A DNA stretch of 64,000 nucleotides from positions 62,001 through 126,000 of the forward strand of contig NIVC01000475.1 of assembly GCA_002269645.1 (NCBI GenBank). The letters run 5' to 3'. Below are positions 35,320 through 47,045 of this stretch, in pieces. Each line of letters opens with the position of its first letter. The first letter of the stretch is position 1. Below the pieces are notes generated by a model. The model was not told the DNA's origin and ran no database searches. It was given only the letters and a program-made list of their open reading frames with translations. The translations under genes and the position numbers were made by a program. This DNA comes from Macrostomum lignano. Taxonomy: Eukaryota.

Positions 35320-35650
35320 GGTCCCGCGACTGGCGCGGCCGCTGCCGGAGCGGCTGGCGCAGCCACGGCCGCCACTGCTGGAGCCGCCCTCAGTCCCGTC
35401 GGCTGGATCGCCCTCGGAGCCGCTGATGGCGACTCTGGTGCTGGAAACCGGTCCGAAGGTGACTTGAGTCGACTTTCTTGCAGTCGTCGAGGTGCCGCCG
35501 TCGCTGTTGGCTGGCAGTCGAGGGAGGCGACGAGTCGTCCCTGCGGCTGCGGCTGCTGATGCTGGAGAACTCGTGGGGCGAGCCGTTCCGCAACGACTTC
35601 GTGAGGCTGAGGAGCGGCCGGCTGGCTGCTCACGTTAAGCAGTGCCGACT
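35320..35650 (+). pseudogene. Internally deleted FDCWKP-family copy
   Basis: PVGWIALGAADGD, CWKP and GGDESSLRLRLLMLENSWGEPFR...LAAH blocks lie in different frames. Confidence 0.75.
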
Positions 35651-37029
35651 CAAGAGACGCCATACATATGCATTGCATACCTGTTTGGATTGCGCATTTC
35701 ACCGTTTTGGCGCTCAACTTCTTTTTTCACTAGCTAAACGATATAAAGTACCAGCGTAAACAATTTTAATTGTCTGCTTTATGTACTTCAAGTGATTGCT
35801 GAACCACTAAGACAGTCAATATATTAGTGATATTGACAACCCCACTTCCGGCCTGCCCCACCCCACCTCGTTTCTGTCGGAGTATTTAAAGTGCAAAAGC
35901 TTTATTCCAACTTTTTGAATATTCGGTAAATTCGCACTGGTGTTGGGACAATGACAGAAACCGATCTTACTCACTCCTAAATTAACCCAATGAGCGTCAG
36001 AGCACGAGAGCTCAAGGCACCTTCAGCAGTCCTCTGGCCGGACCCACTTCTAACTCTGTACGGAAGATCTCGACCCGTCCCTAAGAAGACAATAGAGTAC
36101 GAACCTCCAACCCTCTTAGAAATAACGCAGCTCACTCAAGATGCTCTTGAATTCCACGAGTCCGACAGGCAAGCGACAGGCCAGGCTGCACATGGAGCGC
36201 ATCGTAGTTGACTGACTCAGCTGAGTGAGCTCTCGATCTTTTGAGTTTATCTGAGTCTGAGTAGACTCTGCGCACCACCTGTGCCATCAACCTCAACACA
36301 CAAATGATATAAATATTGTGCACTGCTTTATCCTTGGGTGCGCCGACCATGAGCAGTTCGCTTTCTGATGCCAGAAGGACCGCAGTGCCACTACTACTCG
36401 CTACTTTGAAGTCACAGATCGAACAGATCGAATGCCACTGCAAAGATCTGGAAGCAATTGGACGTAAAGTCAGTTCACAATATTATGTGATTACAAGTGT
36501 CCTGGCAATCAAAAGCAGATCTGCGGTGCTTCTTACTTTATGACTGTGTACGAGCAGCCCGCCATAATCAAGTCTTAGTTCGTTCGTCAGAGACGCAACT
36601 AACTTGTGTAGACAAATTTATGAGAACTTTGAAAAAGAAAAGCGTTAGCTGAATATGAAAAATCATCAGGATTCTGATAAATCTACAAAATTACTTCATC
36701 GGTGTTCTCTATTGTCCGTGTTTTCTCAAACAATACTGTTCATGGACAGCAGTAGAACAGAAATGTTTGCCTTAAAAAGTTCTGGAACAGAGCGCACTGT
36801 AAAAATGTTTGGAATTTGAAGAAGCACCCTAAGGACCATCCAGTGCCGTTGCTTTTGTCAGCTTTTTTTCTGAGAATTTGTCAAAAACCGATTGGCTGAC
36901 GTTTTCGTGAATAATTATTTATTTATTTTCAAACAAAACACGCATTTAGCATTAATGATGAAAACTGGTGCACGCTAAATATCAAAAATGCACAAAGATT
37001 TGTAGTTGCTTAGCTTGAATTACAGATTA

Positions 37030-37447
37030 GATCTATTACTAGAAATCTCTCACTAGAACACACGAAATCTCACACTAGAACACACGAAATCTCACACTAG
37101 AACACACGAAATCTCACACTAGAACACACGAAATCTCACACTAGAACACACGAAATCTCACACTAGAATACTGGAAATCTCACTAGAACACTGGAAATCT
37201 CACACTAGAACACTGGAAATCTCACACTAGAACACTGGAAATCTCACACTAGAATACTGGAAATCTCACTAGAACACTGGAAATCTCACACTAGAACACT
37301 GGAAATCTCACACTAGAACACTGGAAATCTCACACTAGAACACTGGAAACCTCACACTAGAATACTGGAAATCTCACACTAGAACACTGGAAATCTCACA
37401 CTAGAACACTGGAAATCTCACACTAGAACACTGGAAATCTCACACTA
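37030..37447. repeat. 21-bp minisatellite GAAATCTCACACTAGAACACT directly after the MRPL39 stop
   Basis: Tandem units. Confidence 0.95.
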
Positions 37448-37453
37448 GTCATT

Positions 37454-40400
37454 TCAACGCGCAGCAGCAGCAGCAGCAGGTTTCGAAGCCGCTGCCCCAA
37501 TCTGCGGCTGCTCAGACGGCGGGAAGGTGGAGTTGAGCTCGGACGCCTTCTCCAAAGCGGCATCAGCCCAGTCGGCCACCTCAGCTGGCGACATGCCGGC
37601 GGCAGCGGCGATGCCCTGCACCCGAGCAAGGCTGCCATAATCTGCAGACTCAATCCGGTGCACAGCTGCGAACAGCAGGCTGCCAATCTGGCCGGTGCGA
37701 CTCAGAAGGGGTCCTTGGCCAAGCAGGTCTACGAAGTCGCCGACTTTGTACACCGCGACTAAGGCTGCTGGCTGCTGCTGACGCTGGGGTCCGCTGACCG
37801 AGTGCCCGGCAGCTGCAGAAAGACAAGAGTTTGGATGGAGCATGCATGCATGAATTACTCAAACTGATAATTACTCAAAGGGGATTTGCTTAAACTGATA
37901 ATTCCTCAATGGGGAATTGCTCAAACTGTTAATTACTCAAAGGGGATTTGCTTAAACTGATAATTCCTCAATGGGGAACTGCTCAAGCTGCTAACTACTC
38001 AATGAGGAACTGCTCAAACTGATAATTACTCAATGGGGAATTGCTCAAACTGATAATTACTCAATGGGGAATTGCTCAAACTGTTAATTACTCAAAGGGG
38101 ATTTGCTTAAACTGATAATTCCTCAATGGGGAACTGCTCAAGCTGCTAACTACTCAATGAGGAACTGCTCAAACTGATAATTACTCAATGGGGAATTGCT
38201 CAAACTGTTAATTACTCAATGGGGAATTGCTCAAACTGTTAATTACTCAATGGGGAATTGCTCAAACTGATAATTACTTAATGGGGAATTGCTCAAACTG
38301 TTAATTACTCAATGGGGAATTGCTCAAACTGTTAATTACTCAATGGGGAATTGCTCAAACTGTTAATTACTCAATGGGGAATTGCTCAAACTGTTAATTA
38401 CTCAATGGGGAATTGCTCAAACTGATAATTACTTAATGGGGAATGGGGAATTGCTCAAACTGATAATTACTCAATGGGGAATTGCTCAAGCTGCTAACTA
38501 CTCAATGGGGAATTGCTCAGATTAGCAAAGGATAAATGAGGGATCGCTTAAAAAGGCTAAATAGTTCATTGGGGGACATCGCTCAGAAATCCCAATCGAT
38601 GGGAAGTCTCCCATATCGCACAACAGCAGAGAATTTAAAACGCACCAGCGGAAGCGCTGGCGGCCCTCTTGGCGGCGGCCAGCTTGAACGGATTGTGCTT
38701 GAACATGTCAAGGGCGACAGGCAGTGGCAGCTCCAGCCATTCGAACGGCGCATCCGCTGACAGCAGCGGCAAGGCGGTGCGGCTCAGGGCGCGCAGTTCG
38801 GCGCGACTCGGCGCCCAGGCGGAGAGGCAGTGACCGCCAGTGAGCTGCAGTACGCTGTGCTGCAGGGCTTGGTCCTTTGTTACCTGAGCAGGCCGGGTAG
38901 GGGTTGTTCCATAGTTAATCCCTTGTTTGAGATGCTTAAAGTGCCACATCATGGAATACTGACATGCTCAAAGTGTCACATCATTGAATATTGACATGCT
39001 CAAAGTGTCACATCGTCGAATATTGACATGCTCAAAGTGTCACACCATGGAATATTGACATGCTCAAAGTGTCACATCATCGAATACTGACATGCTCAAA
39101 GTGTCACATCATCGAATACTGACATGCTCAAAGTGTCACATCATCGAATACTGACAAGCTCAAAGTGTCACATTGTCGAATATTGACATGCTCAAAGTGT
39201 CACACCATGGAATATTGACATGCTCAAAGTGTCACATATTGAATATTGACATGCTCAAAGTGTCACATCATCGAATATTGACATGCTCAAAGTGTCACAT
39301 CATCGAATATTGACATGTCCAAAGTGTCACATCATCGAATACTGAAATTCTAAAGGTGTACTAACCCGACAGTCGTACACAAAGCTTCCAGTTGAGAAGT
39401 GAGGCGGCGGACTGCTAACGAGTTGCACTCTGTACTCCTCCTTGAATGCGGTCTCGAACACGGAGCCGAGTAGCATTGCTCCGGAGCGCCACAGGGCGTT
39501 GTTACCCGCTCTCATGTCTGTTCGGTTTAGAAAGGGAGGATGCCAGGAAATCAGGATGCACAAGTGCCTTAACAAGTCGCCGTGAATGCTTGGTTAATTC
39601 CACCTGTAGAGTTAAAACTGCAGCTCAGCTTAATTTTTTTGCTTAACCCTCTGCGGCTCTATATTGCCCAATGAAAACCGTACATAGGCCAAGAAGCGTC
39701 CCAGACTCTAAAGGAGAGAAGTGACTTTAGACGACTCCGTCTAAGGCGACGAGATGTCCCCAAAAAGTCGCCTAAAAGTCGATTTGAGGCGTTTTATTGT
39801 CTGCAACACTGAAAGACCCAGGGGCCGAAGAGAGTTGCTTTAGTATCACTGAGTTGCATCTGTGCAACTTTATGAATTAGAATCGCATTTACATTTATGA
39901 CAACTCTATTTAGTCTACTCGAGTTAGTAGAAAGTTAAGCGCTAACACGACTCTTGGACGACTTTTTCGTGTCTTTTACGATTCTACAAATCAAGCGATG
40001 CACTCTTGACTCAACAGTCGTCTCTACGCCGCATTACAATTGCTTGAGTCGTTAAAAAGTCACAAGAGTCACTATAGATTCACCAGTGGGTTGTTTGCAA
40101 TGACTCTAGCGATTCTTGTCACGGTAACGTTTTCAAAGGGCTGAGTTCAACGATGCCGTCTGCTCAGAGGTCAGCGAACTAATGTATGTTATTAAACACA
40201 CTACTCATGAACCCACCAACAGCCTCTTGCCGACTAGCTGGACTGCCCCTCATGAGTGGAACAAATCTCAGAAGGCAGGACTTTTTCAGCGGCCTGCGCA
40301 TACTCCAATAGTACTGCTCGTCAACAACTGCCAGGGCCGAGTCGCGCACTAAGTTACCACCGCCTCCATCCTGAGCAGCCTCATCCAACTGCTTGGCAAC

Positions 40401-40673
40401 ATCCAAAGGCGTTGACGCGGCGTTCAACTTCAAAGAGACCGACTTTGACAACTTGTCAGCCGTGGATACTTCAATAGCAGCCTCAGTTGCCGCAGTCTTG
40501 GTACTTCTCTGACGCTCTTGCTCGGCTAAGAAGACTGACAAGCGATGCTGACGCTGCTCTTTGTTGGTTGCTAAGGAAGCCACAGCGCTACTACCTGGTC
40601 TCCAAGGCTGAGTTTGTAGCAGTAGTTTCTTTACTGTAGGTAGTTGCCGATGCAATGTTACTGGTAACGACAT
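37454..40673 (-). CDS. MRPL39: Mitochondrial ribosomal protein L39 (ThrRS N-terminal-like), 4 exons
   Basis: TGS-like exon (TPLDVAKQL...WSMRRPL), then NALWRSGAMLLGSVFETAFK, GSFVYD, WAPSRAELR, LPVALDMFKHNPFK, YKVGDFVDLLGQGPLLSRT; GT-AG sites in phase. Confidence 0.88.
37860..38520. repeat. 31-bp intronic minisatellite AATGGGGAATTGCTCAAACTGATAATTACTC
   Basis: Tandem units in MRPL39 intron 3. Confidence 0.95.
38950..39345. repeat. 32-bp intronic minisatellite ATCGAATATTGACATGCTCAAAGTGTCACATC
   Basis: Tandem units in MRPL39 intron 2. Confidence 0.95.
39647..40170. mobile_element. Possible degenerate piggyBac-like non-autonomous element
   Basis: TTAA|CCCTCTG at the left end, imperfect CAGAGG at the right end, internal CGACTC/GAGTCG motifs. 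The right TTAA is missing. Confidence 0.3.
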
Positions 40674-40729
40674 TTTTAATCAAAGCTTTGAACAAATAAC
40701 TGCATGCATTGAATGCACGAGTAGCCGTC

Positions 40730-41380
40730 AGAATCTGCCAAACCTAGCTCATCAACAACTGTCAGAATCTGCCAAACCCAGCTCACAAACATCTGTCAGA
40801 ATCTGCCAAACTCAGCTCACAAGCATCTGCCAGAATCTGCCAAACCCAGCTCACAAACAACTGCCAGAATCTGCCAAACCCAGCTCACAAACATCTATTA
40901 GAATCTGCCAAACCCAGCTCACAACAAATGCCAGAATCTGCCAAACTCATCTCACAAGCATCTGCCAGAATCTGCCAAACCCAGCTCACAAGCATCTGCC
41001 AGAATCTGCCAAACCCAGCTCACAAACAACTGTCAGAATCTGCCAAACCCAGCTCACAAACATCTATTAGAATCTGCCAAACCCAGCTCACAACAAATGT
41101 CAGAATCTGCCAAACCCAGCTCACAAACATCTATTAGAATCTGCCAAACCCAGCTCACAACAAATGTCAGAATCTGCCAAACCCAGCTCACAAACATCTA
41201 TTAGAATCTGCCAAACCCAGCTCACAACAAATGTCAGAATCTGCCAAACCCAGCTCACAAGCAACTGTCAGAATCTGCCAAACCTAGCTCACAACAAATG
41301 TCAGAATCTGTCAAACCCAGCTCAAAAGCAACTGTCAGAATCTGCCAAACCCAGCTCACAACAAATGCCAGAATCTGTCC
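40730..41380. repeat. ~33-bp satellite CAGAATCTGCCAAACCCAGCTCACAAAC... between LIPT2 and MRPL39
   Basis: Tandem units. Confidence 0.95.
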
Positions 41381-41630
41381 AACCAAGCATATAAAAAACT
41401 GCATACAAGCACGTAACAGAACAAAAAGATATATTTGCAAAAATAATATTCTAGCAAAGTATTTGAATAGGTAGACATTCAAGATCAAGACTACTAATGT
41501 CATACTGTAAGAACAGTAAAGCTTTCAACTTTATATTTGGTAGACACAATCATTACAAGTGTAAACCTGATACAGCTACAGAAAGACAGATAAAAATAAC
41601 TAGTAGATGAAATAATTCTAAACCAATCAA

Positions 41631-42805
41631 TCATTCCACACAGAAGTCAGCAGTAGCAGCTCTAGTCAGCTGCACTTCGCAATTGAACTCGGCGCTAAAC
41701 GAATCTAAAAACTCTGGCAACACCGACTCTACTGACACGTCGCGGCCCAGCTCGTTGGTTAGCGAGGTCACGGACTTGCCTAGCAGGCCGCAGGGAACGA
41801 TATGTTGGAACCAGGCCAGGTCTACGTTGCAATTGATGGCCACACCGTGCGAGGTGAGGTAATTGGCCGCGTGAACTCCTAGTGCTGCTACCTGAGGATT
41901 GGGGAGTGGCATCATGGGAACTGGGAATCATCTCAATAACTAAGTATCAGGCAGAATCGAGGATCAGGGGGATCGAGGGTCAGGGAGAATCGAAGGTCAG
42001 GGAGAATCGAGTGTTAGGGAAGAATCGAAGGTCAGGGAGAATCGAGGGTTAGGGAAGAATCGAAGGTCAGGGAGAATCGAGTGTTAGGGAAGAATCGAAG
42101 GTCAGGGAGAACCGAGGGTTAGGGAGAATCGAGGGTTAGGAAGAATCGAAGGTAAGGAAGAATCGAGGGTTAGGGAAGAATCTAAGGTCATGGAGAATCG
42201 AGGGTCAGGCAGATTCTATAACATTAGGAAGCTGTGATCGTGGTGAATCTAATCTAGAGACAATGGGAAGTCAAAGAAAGATGGTCCAAATACAGAAAAG
42301 TGAAAGCAGCAAAATAAAAACTACAACCACAGCTCACCTTCCGGTCGGCAATCCACACGCCCACATCCTCAGTAGTGCGCGCGTCCCCAAGCCCGTAGCC
42401 CCTGGCGCACAGATCCACAACAGTTCGCTGCAGCCGGCACACGTAGTCCCTGAGACTGCGGCCGTGGTTCCTCAGGTCCAGCATCGGGTAGGCCACCAGC
42501 TGGCCGGGCCCGTGGAATGTCAGCAGGCCGCCGCGGTCGGCGCGATGAAACTCGGCGCCAATTGAGCGCAGCCGAGCCGCCAGCTGGTCGGTGTCGCCGT
42601 CGGCCGAATTTGCCGGATCGACGCCGCGAATGCCGACGGTGTACACTGGGCGATGCTCGAGCAATAGCAGACAGTCTGCTTTCAGGGGCCGACTGCGCAG
42701 CAAAGCTGAGTGAAAGCGTTGCAATAATAGGCCTTCCTTGTAGCTGAGGCGGCCGTGCCAGATGGCCCGGATCAGCCTCCTGGGACTGGGGCCAGCAGCA
42801 GCTGA
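41631..42805 (-). CDS. LIPT2: Octanoyltransferase (LipB/LIPT2), 2 exons
   Basis: LLLLEHRPVYTVG, DRGGLLTFHGPGQLVAYP, GVWIADRK|VAALG, TSHGVAINC, IVPCG. Exons 42805-42338 and 41891-41631. No in-frame ATG at the 5' end. Confidence 0.93.
41955..42210. repeat. 18-19 bp purine-rich intronic minisatellite GAATCGAGGGTCAGGGA
   Basis: Tandem units in the LIPT2 intron. Confidence 0.9.
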
Positions 42806-44319
42806 CTGCAAGCAGGGTGGGCTAACATATTAGTGATTTATAATTCATCTCATGCTTCAATTATATGCTCTATAGATGGTTATCTATCTAGCTCACAGCT
42901 GTGTGCCAGATGGGAGGGGATAGAGGAGAGAGAAGATAAAATGAGATGAGCTAAGAAGGGGAAAAAGAGAAAAGAGAAGAGGGAACAAAGGAAAGAGAGC
43001 TGAGAATAGACACAAACCTTGAGCAGGCCAGGTTAATATTGTAGAGAAGCTTTGCAGGCCCATGTAGTCCATGGGTTGGAGTTTTTGACCCCTGGCCTAG
43101 CAGCTTGAAAACTGCCGTATAGTTAAAGCCTATTCACACTGCTATCAAATGAGCCACTAAATCACATGACCTATGTACAAAAGAATCTAGTGGCCATCTA
43201 AGAGCCAGCTATACTTAACTGATACTTTGAGAAGGCAAAAGGAGACTGATAAAGTTGATAGCTAGATTTATTAATCATTAAGATTGTAGCTTAGCTAAGG
43301 CAAAATCTGAGCCAAAATTTTATTAAAATTAATTGATTAACAAATAAGTATGCTTCATAACAAAATTTATATAATTTTTAGAGTCATATAGCTTATGCTA
43401 GCAAAGTTGCATACGTCTATGCCTATTATACGCCTTTGAGAACCTTAATATGTACTATTCAAATAGACACAAAACTCTCAAACCCCTTTTATCTATTTAT
43501 TAATATATACTATGGACCCTAATATCCCTAGTATATATACCTTATGCATGTGCACTAAGGACTCCTTTATAAATCTGAATGTTCTTTGGCAAAGACCACT
43601 TTGACTAGCTTATGATATAACATGGTATAAAATAGCCGTATGATAATAAATAACAATATAGAAAAATAAAGAAAGGCTTTAGACCCTACAGAGCAGCCAT
43701 AGACATCTGTATCTATGTATAAAATGCCATGGCATTAAATTAAAAAAACCTGCTATCTATAGTATATTTTAACTAGGCCTATATGTATTTTGAGTTGAGT
43801 CTAGTAATAAGTAGCCATAGCAACAGCCTTAGTAGGAGCCATAGCTCTATGTGTTGCTTAGTGTTTTTTGTTTAATGGCATAGCAACAGTTATTGGTTTA
43901 ACTGCAGCTATACTTTGAGGTTATATATTGTACTCACTGATTAGACTAAACTACTGTAAGCTTATATTCTATGTTTTTTGCTCAACTATTAATTTTTCTA
44001 TGCCTTTTATATATCTTTTTATTGTTTAAATGTATTGTTTATCTGGTCATTAATTCAAATTAAAAAACTAATTCAAATATTCATTTACTAATAAACTCAT
44101 GAATATGAAAATGGGTACTAGACCTAGGTATTTCGACCAAAATGGTGATTGTGTAATTTAGAGATATAGCAATATATGTATCTTTATTTTCTTTTTTTCA
44201 ATGCTAATTTTTAGTTTTCATGTGTAATAAAATATGATCAAAATTGTTGCTACAATAATTGTGTTATTGCATTATTGTGATTTTGTTTGTTATAATTATG
44301 AATTATTATGAGTTCTTAT

Positions 44320-46662
44320 ACTAGCAATCTAGTGCGGCCCCCCTTCGGGGCGCCCAATAAGAAAGGAGCAAAAATAGTTCATGGAAAACAATAAAAAAAA
44401 CAGATTTTCTTAAACACCAATTCCTTCTTCACATCTTAAAAATCACCTTATTTGTGTAAAATTGTCACGGACTAAGATGTTTGCAAAATTAAAAAATCAC
44501 TTTTTCTCTAAAATTAACAAACAGTCAACAAAATATCGTTTCCCTAAATAGAAAATATTCCCAAGACAGCAAGCAACCCCCTCCAAAAGTGAACAATCGC
44601 AGATAGCAAGCATCCTCTAATGCTCATAGCAAGAATCACCACAGATAGCAAGCATCTGCAGATTAGCAAGCACCCCCAGATATTATAGAAGCATCCACCC
44701 AGATAGCAAGCATTCTGCAGATAGCAAGCACCCCCCAGATATTATAGAAGCATCCACCCAGATAGCAAGCATCCTGCAGATAGCAAGAATCCCTAAATAG
44801 CAAGATCCCTGGATAGAAAGAATCCCATGCATGAAGCCAGTACCCCCTCTCCCAAATAGCAAGTATCCCCCCTCGAGAGCAAGCATCCACGAGACAGCAA
44901 GTAGCTAGTGCAAATGTTACTTCCGCTAATGCAATAATCACTTTCTCAGGTTGTGCAACAATCCACGTCTCAGCGAGCGCAATAATCTTTTTTTAGACAG
45001 TTCAGTAATAAGCTTCTCAGCTAGTGCAATAATCCTTGGTTTATTAATAGCAATAATCCTTGATTAATCAAGTGCAATAATCCTTGGTTCATCAAGTGCA
45101 ATAATCCTTGGTTTATCAAGTGCAGTAATCTTTGGCTTATCAAGTGCAATAATCCTTGGTTTATCAAGTGCAATAATCCTTTGTTTATCAAGTGCAATAA
45201 TCCTTGGTTTATCAAGTGCAATAATCCTTGGTTTATCAAGTGCAATAATCCTTGGTTTATCAAGTGCAATAATCCTTGGCTTATCAACTGCAATAATCCT
45301 TGGTTTATTAAATGCAATAATCCTTGGTTTATCAAGTGCAATAATCCTTGGTTTATCAAGTGCAATAATCCTTGGATTATCAAGTGCAATAATCCTTGGC
45401 TTATCAACTACAATAATCCTTGGTTTATCAAGTGCAATAATCCTTGGTTTATCAAGCGCAGTAATCTTTGGCCTATCAAGTGCAATAATCCTTGGTTTAT
45501 CAAGTGCAGTAATCCTTGGCCTATCAAGTGCAATAATCCTTGGTTTATCAAGTGCAATAGTCCTTGGTTTATCGAGTGCAGTAATCCTTAGTTTTCCAAG
45601 TGCAGTAATCCTTGGTTTATTAAGAGCAATAATCCTTGGCTTATCGAGTGCAGCAGTCCTTGGTTTATTAATAGCAATAATCCTTGAATAATCCAGTGCA
45701 TTAATCCTTGGCTTATCAAGTGCAACATTCTTTACTATCAAGTGCAATAATCCATGGCTTATCAAGCGCTGTAATCCTTGGCTTATCAAGTGCAATAATC
45801 CTTGGTTTATCAAGTGCAATAATCCTTGGTTTATCAAGTGCAATAGTCCTTGGTTTATCGAGTGCAGTAATCCTTTGTTTTCCAAGTGCAGTAATCCTTG
45901 GTTTATTAAGAGCAATAATCCTTGGCTTATCGAGTGCAGTAGTCCTTGGTTTATTAAGAGCAATAATCCTTGGCTTATCGAGTGCAGTAATCTAAGTGTT
46001 TTTATTTAGTCCTTTAATAAAAGCTTTTAATAAAAAATTTTACACTACTACTTTTAAACTACTTAGATTCGAACCTAGGTCGCTGCATTAGCAGTCTGGT
46101 CTGTTCAGCTCTAGGCTAGCTCTCATTGAAGTTATCAGTGATGTTGTACCACTTATATAATTCAACACTCACACCAAGTCAGGTAGAGTAAAAAGTCACA
46201 CGAAGCAGTTATGACATAATCAATTTCTTAGGCAAGTCAGTACCAGTGTCTATGAAAGTTTACAATATGGTTACGTAATATAAATTCAGTACTGCGCTAT
46301 GCTTTCACACTCAAAGCTGTGACGCAATTCAATTGAGTGTCAAATTCAGCCAGTACACAGACGATAAATAAAAAGCCTATTGTGATGATTCAATCTATTT
46401 CAGAATCAGAATTCAACCAGTCAGTTTTTCTGCTAGCATTCTTACAATGCATTTCAAGTCGAAAGAGCTGCTTGACCTTTGCAAAAAAGCATGTTTTTCG
46501 AATATTTAATCCCTTTAATATTGAGCAATTTCTTAGCCAAGATGCATGTACAGTCACGGGAAAATTTCTGATCGAACAGTGCTAGTTCGAACAAAATCGG
46601 TCCAGCCATTTTTTTCTCTAATCAATCACATAGACACAGACAGACCATTTTTAGTATATAGG
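44320..46662 (+). mobile_element. Non-autonomous Helitron/Helentron-like element H1 carrying satellites
   Basis: 5' ACTAGCAATCTAG plus hairpin-like CCCCCTTCGGGG; 3' AAATCGGTCCAGCC...ACAGACAGACC...TTAGTATATAG. Resembles non-autonomous rolling-circle elements; no TSD or coding region seen. Confidence 0.55.
45020..45990. repeat. 24-bp satellite CAAGTGCAATAATCCTTGGTTTAT (copy at 53845-54960)
   Basis: Tandem units; source of the LLHLINQG/ALDKPRII ORFs. Confidence 0.95.
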
Positions 46663-47011
46663 ACTAGCAATCTAGCGCCCCCCTTCGGGGTGGCCAATAA
46701 GCAAGGGACGAATCCTTTAAAATGAAAAAAAATTCTTAGGGAGGGGGGCTAGGAATCGAATTCTCATTTTAATTCCAGGCTTATGTACCAATAAAACATG
46801 TTTGTGCAGAATTTTATAACAGACATTGAAATTCAACCATACTTGCCTTCTTTCAGAGCTACTTCTACCAGTATGCTTCAGTACGCTACCAGTACCCTTG
46901 TAAGCCTTGACATGTCAGCAATCCCCCCACAAGCCTTAACATATCAACTCCCCCTTGACATCTCAGCGATGCTCCCATAAGTCTTGAAATCTTAAAAAAT
47001 CTGTCTACTTT

Positions 47012-47045
47012 CTAACCCTAACCCTAACCCTAACCCTAACCCTAA
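47012..47045. repeat. Interstitial telomere-type (CCCTAA)5 (copy at 55981-56014)
   Basis: Direct reading. Confidence 0.9.

Noticed and set aside
35990-36545. Short ORFs between the FDCWKP cluster and MRPL39
   Set aside because: No recognisable domain; interrupted by stops; no convincing splice pattern.
37860-38520. GGGGAATTGC in the MRPL39 intron satellite as kB sites
   Set aside because: Mismatch in the CC half-site and no positional link to the Rel genes. It also shows that kB-like strings can arise by chance in satellites here.
43020-43100. hAT-like terminal sequence (GACCCCTG)
   Set aside because: Single short end without a partner TIR.
46060-46130. Functional tRNA-Ser gene
   Set aside because: No complete cloverleaf (acceptor stem and variable arm missing); treated as a relic.
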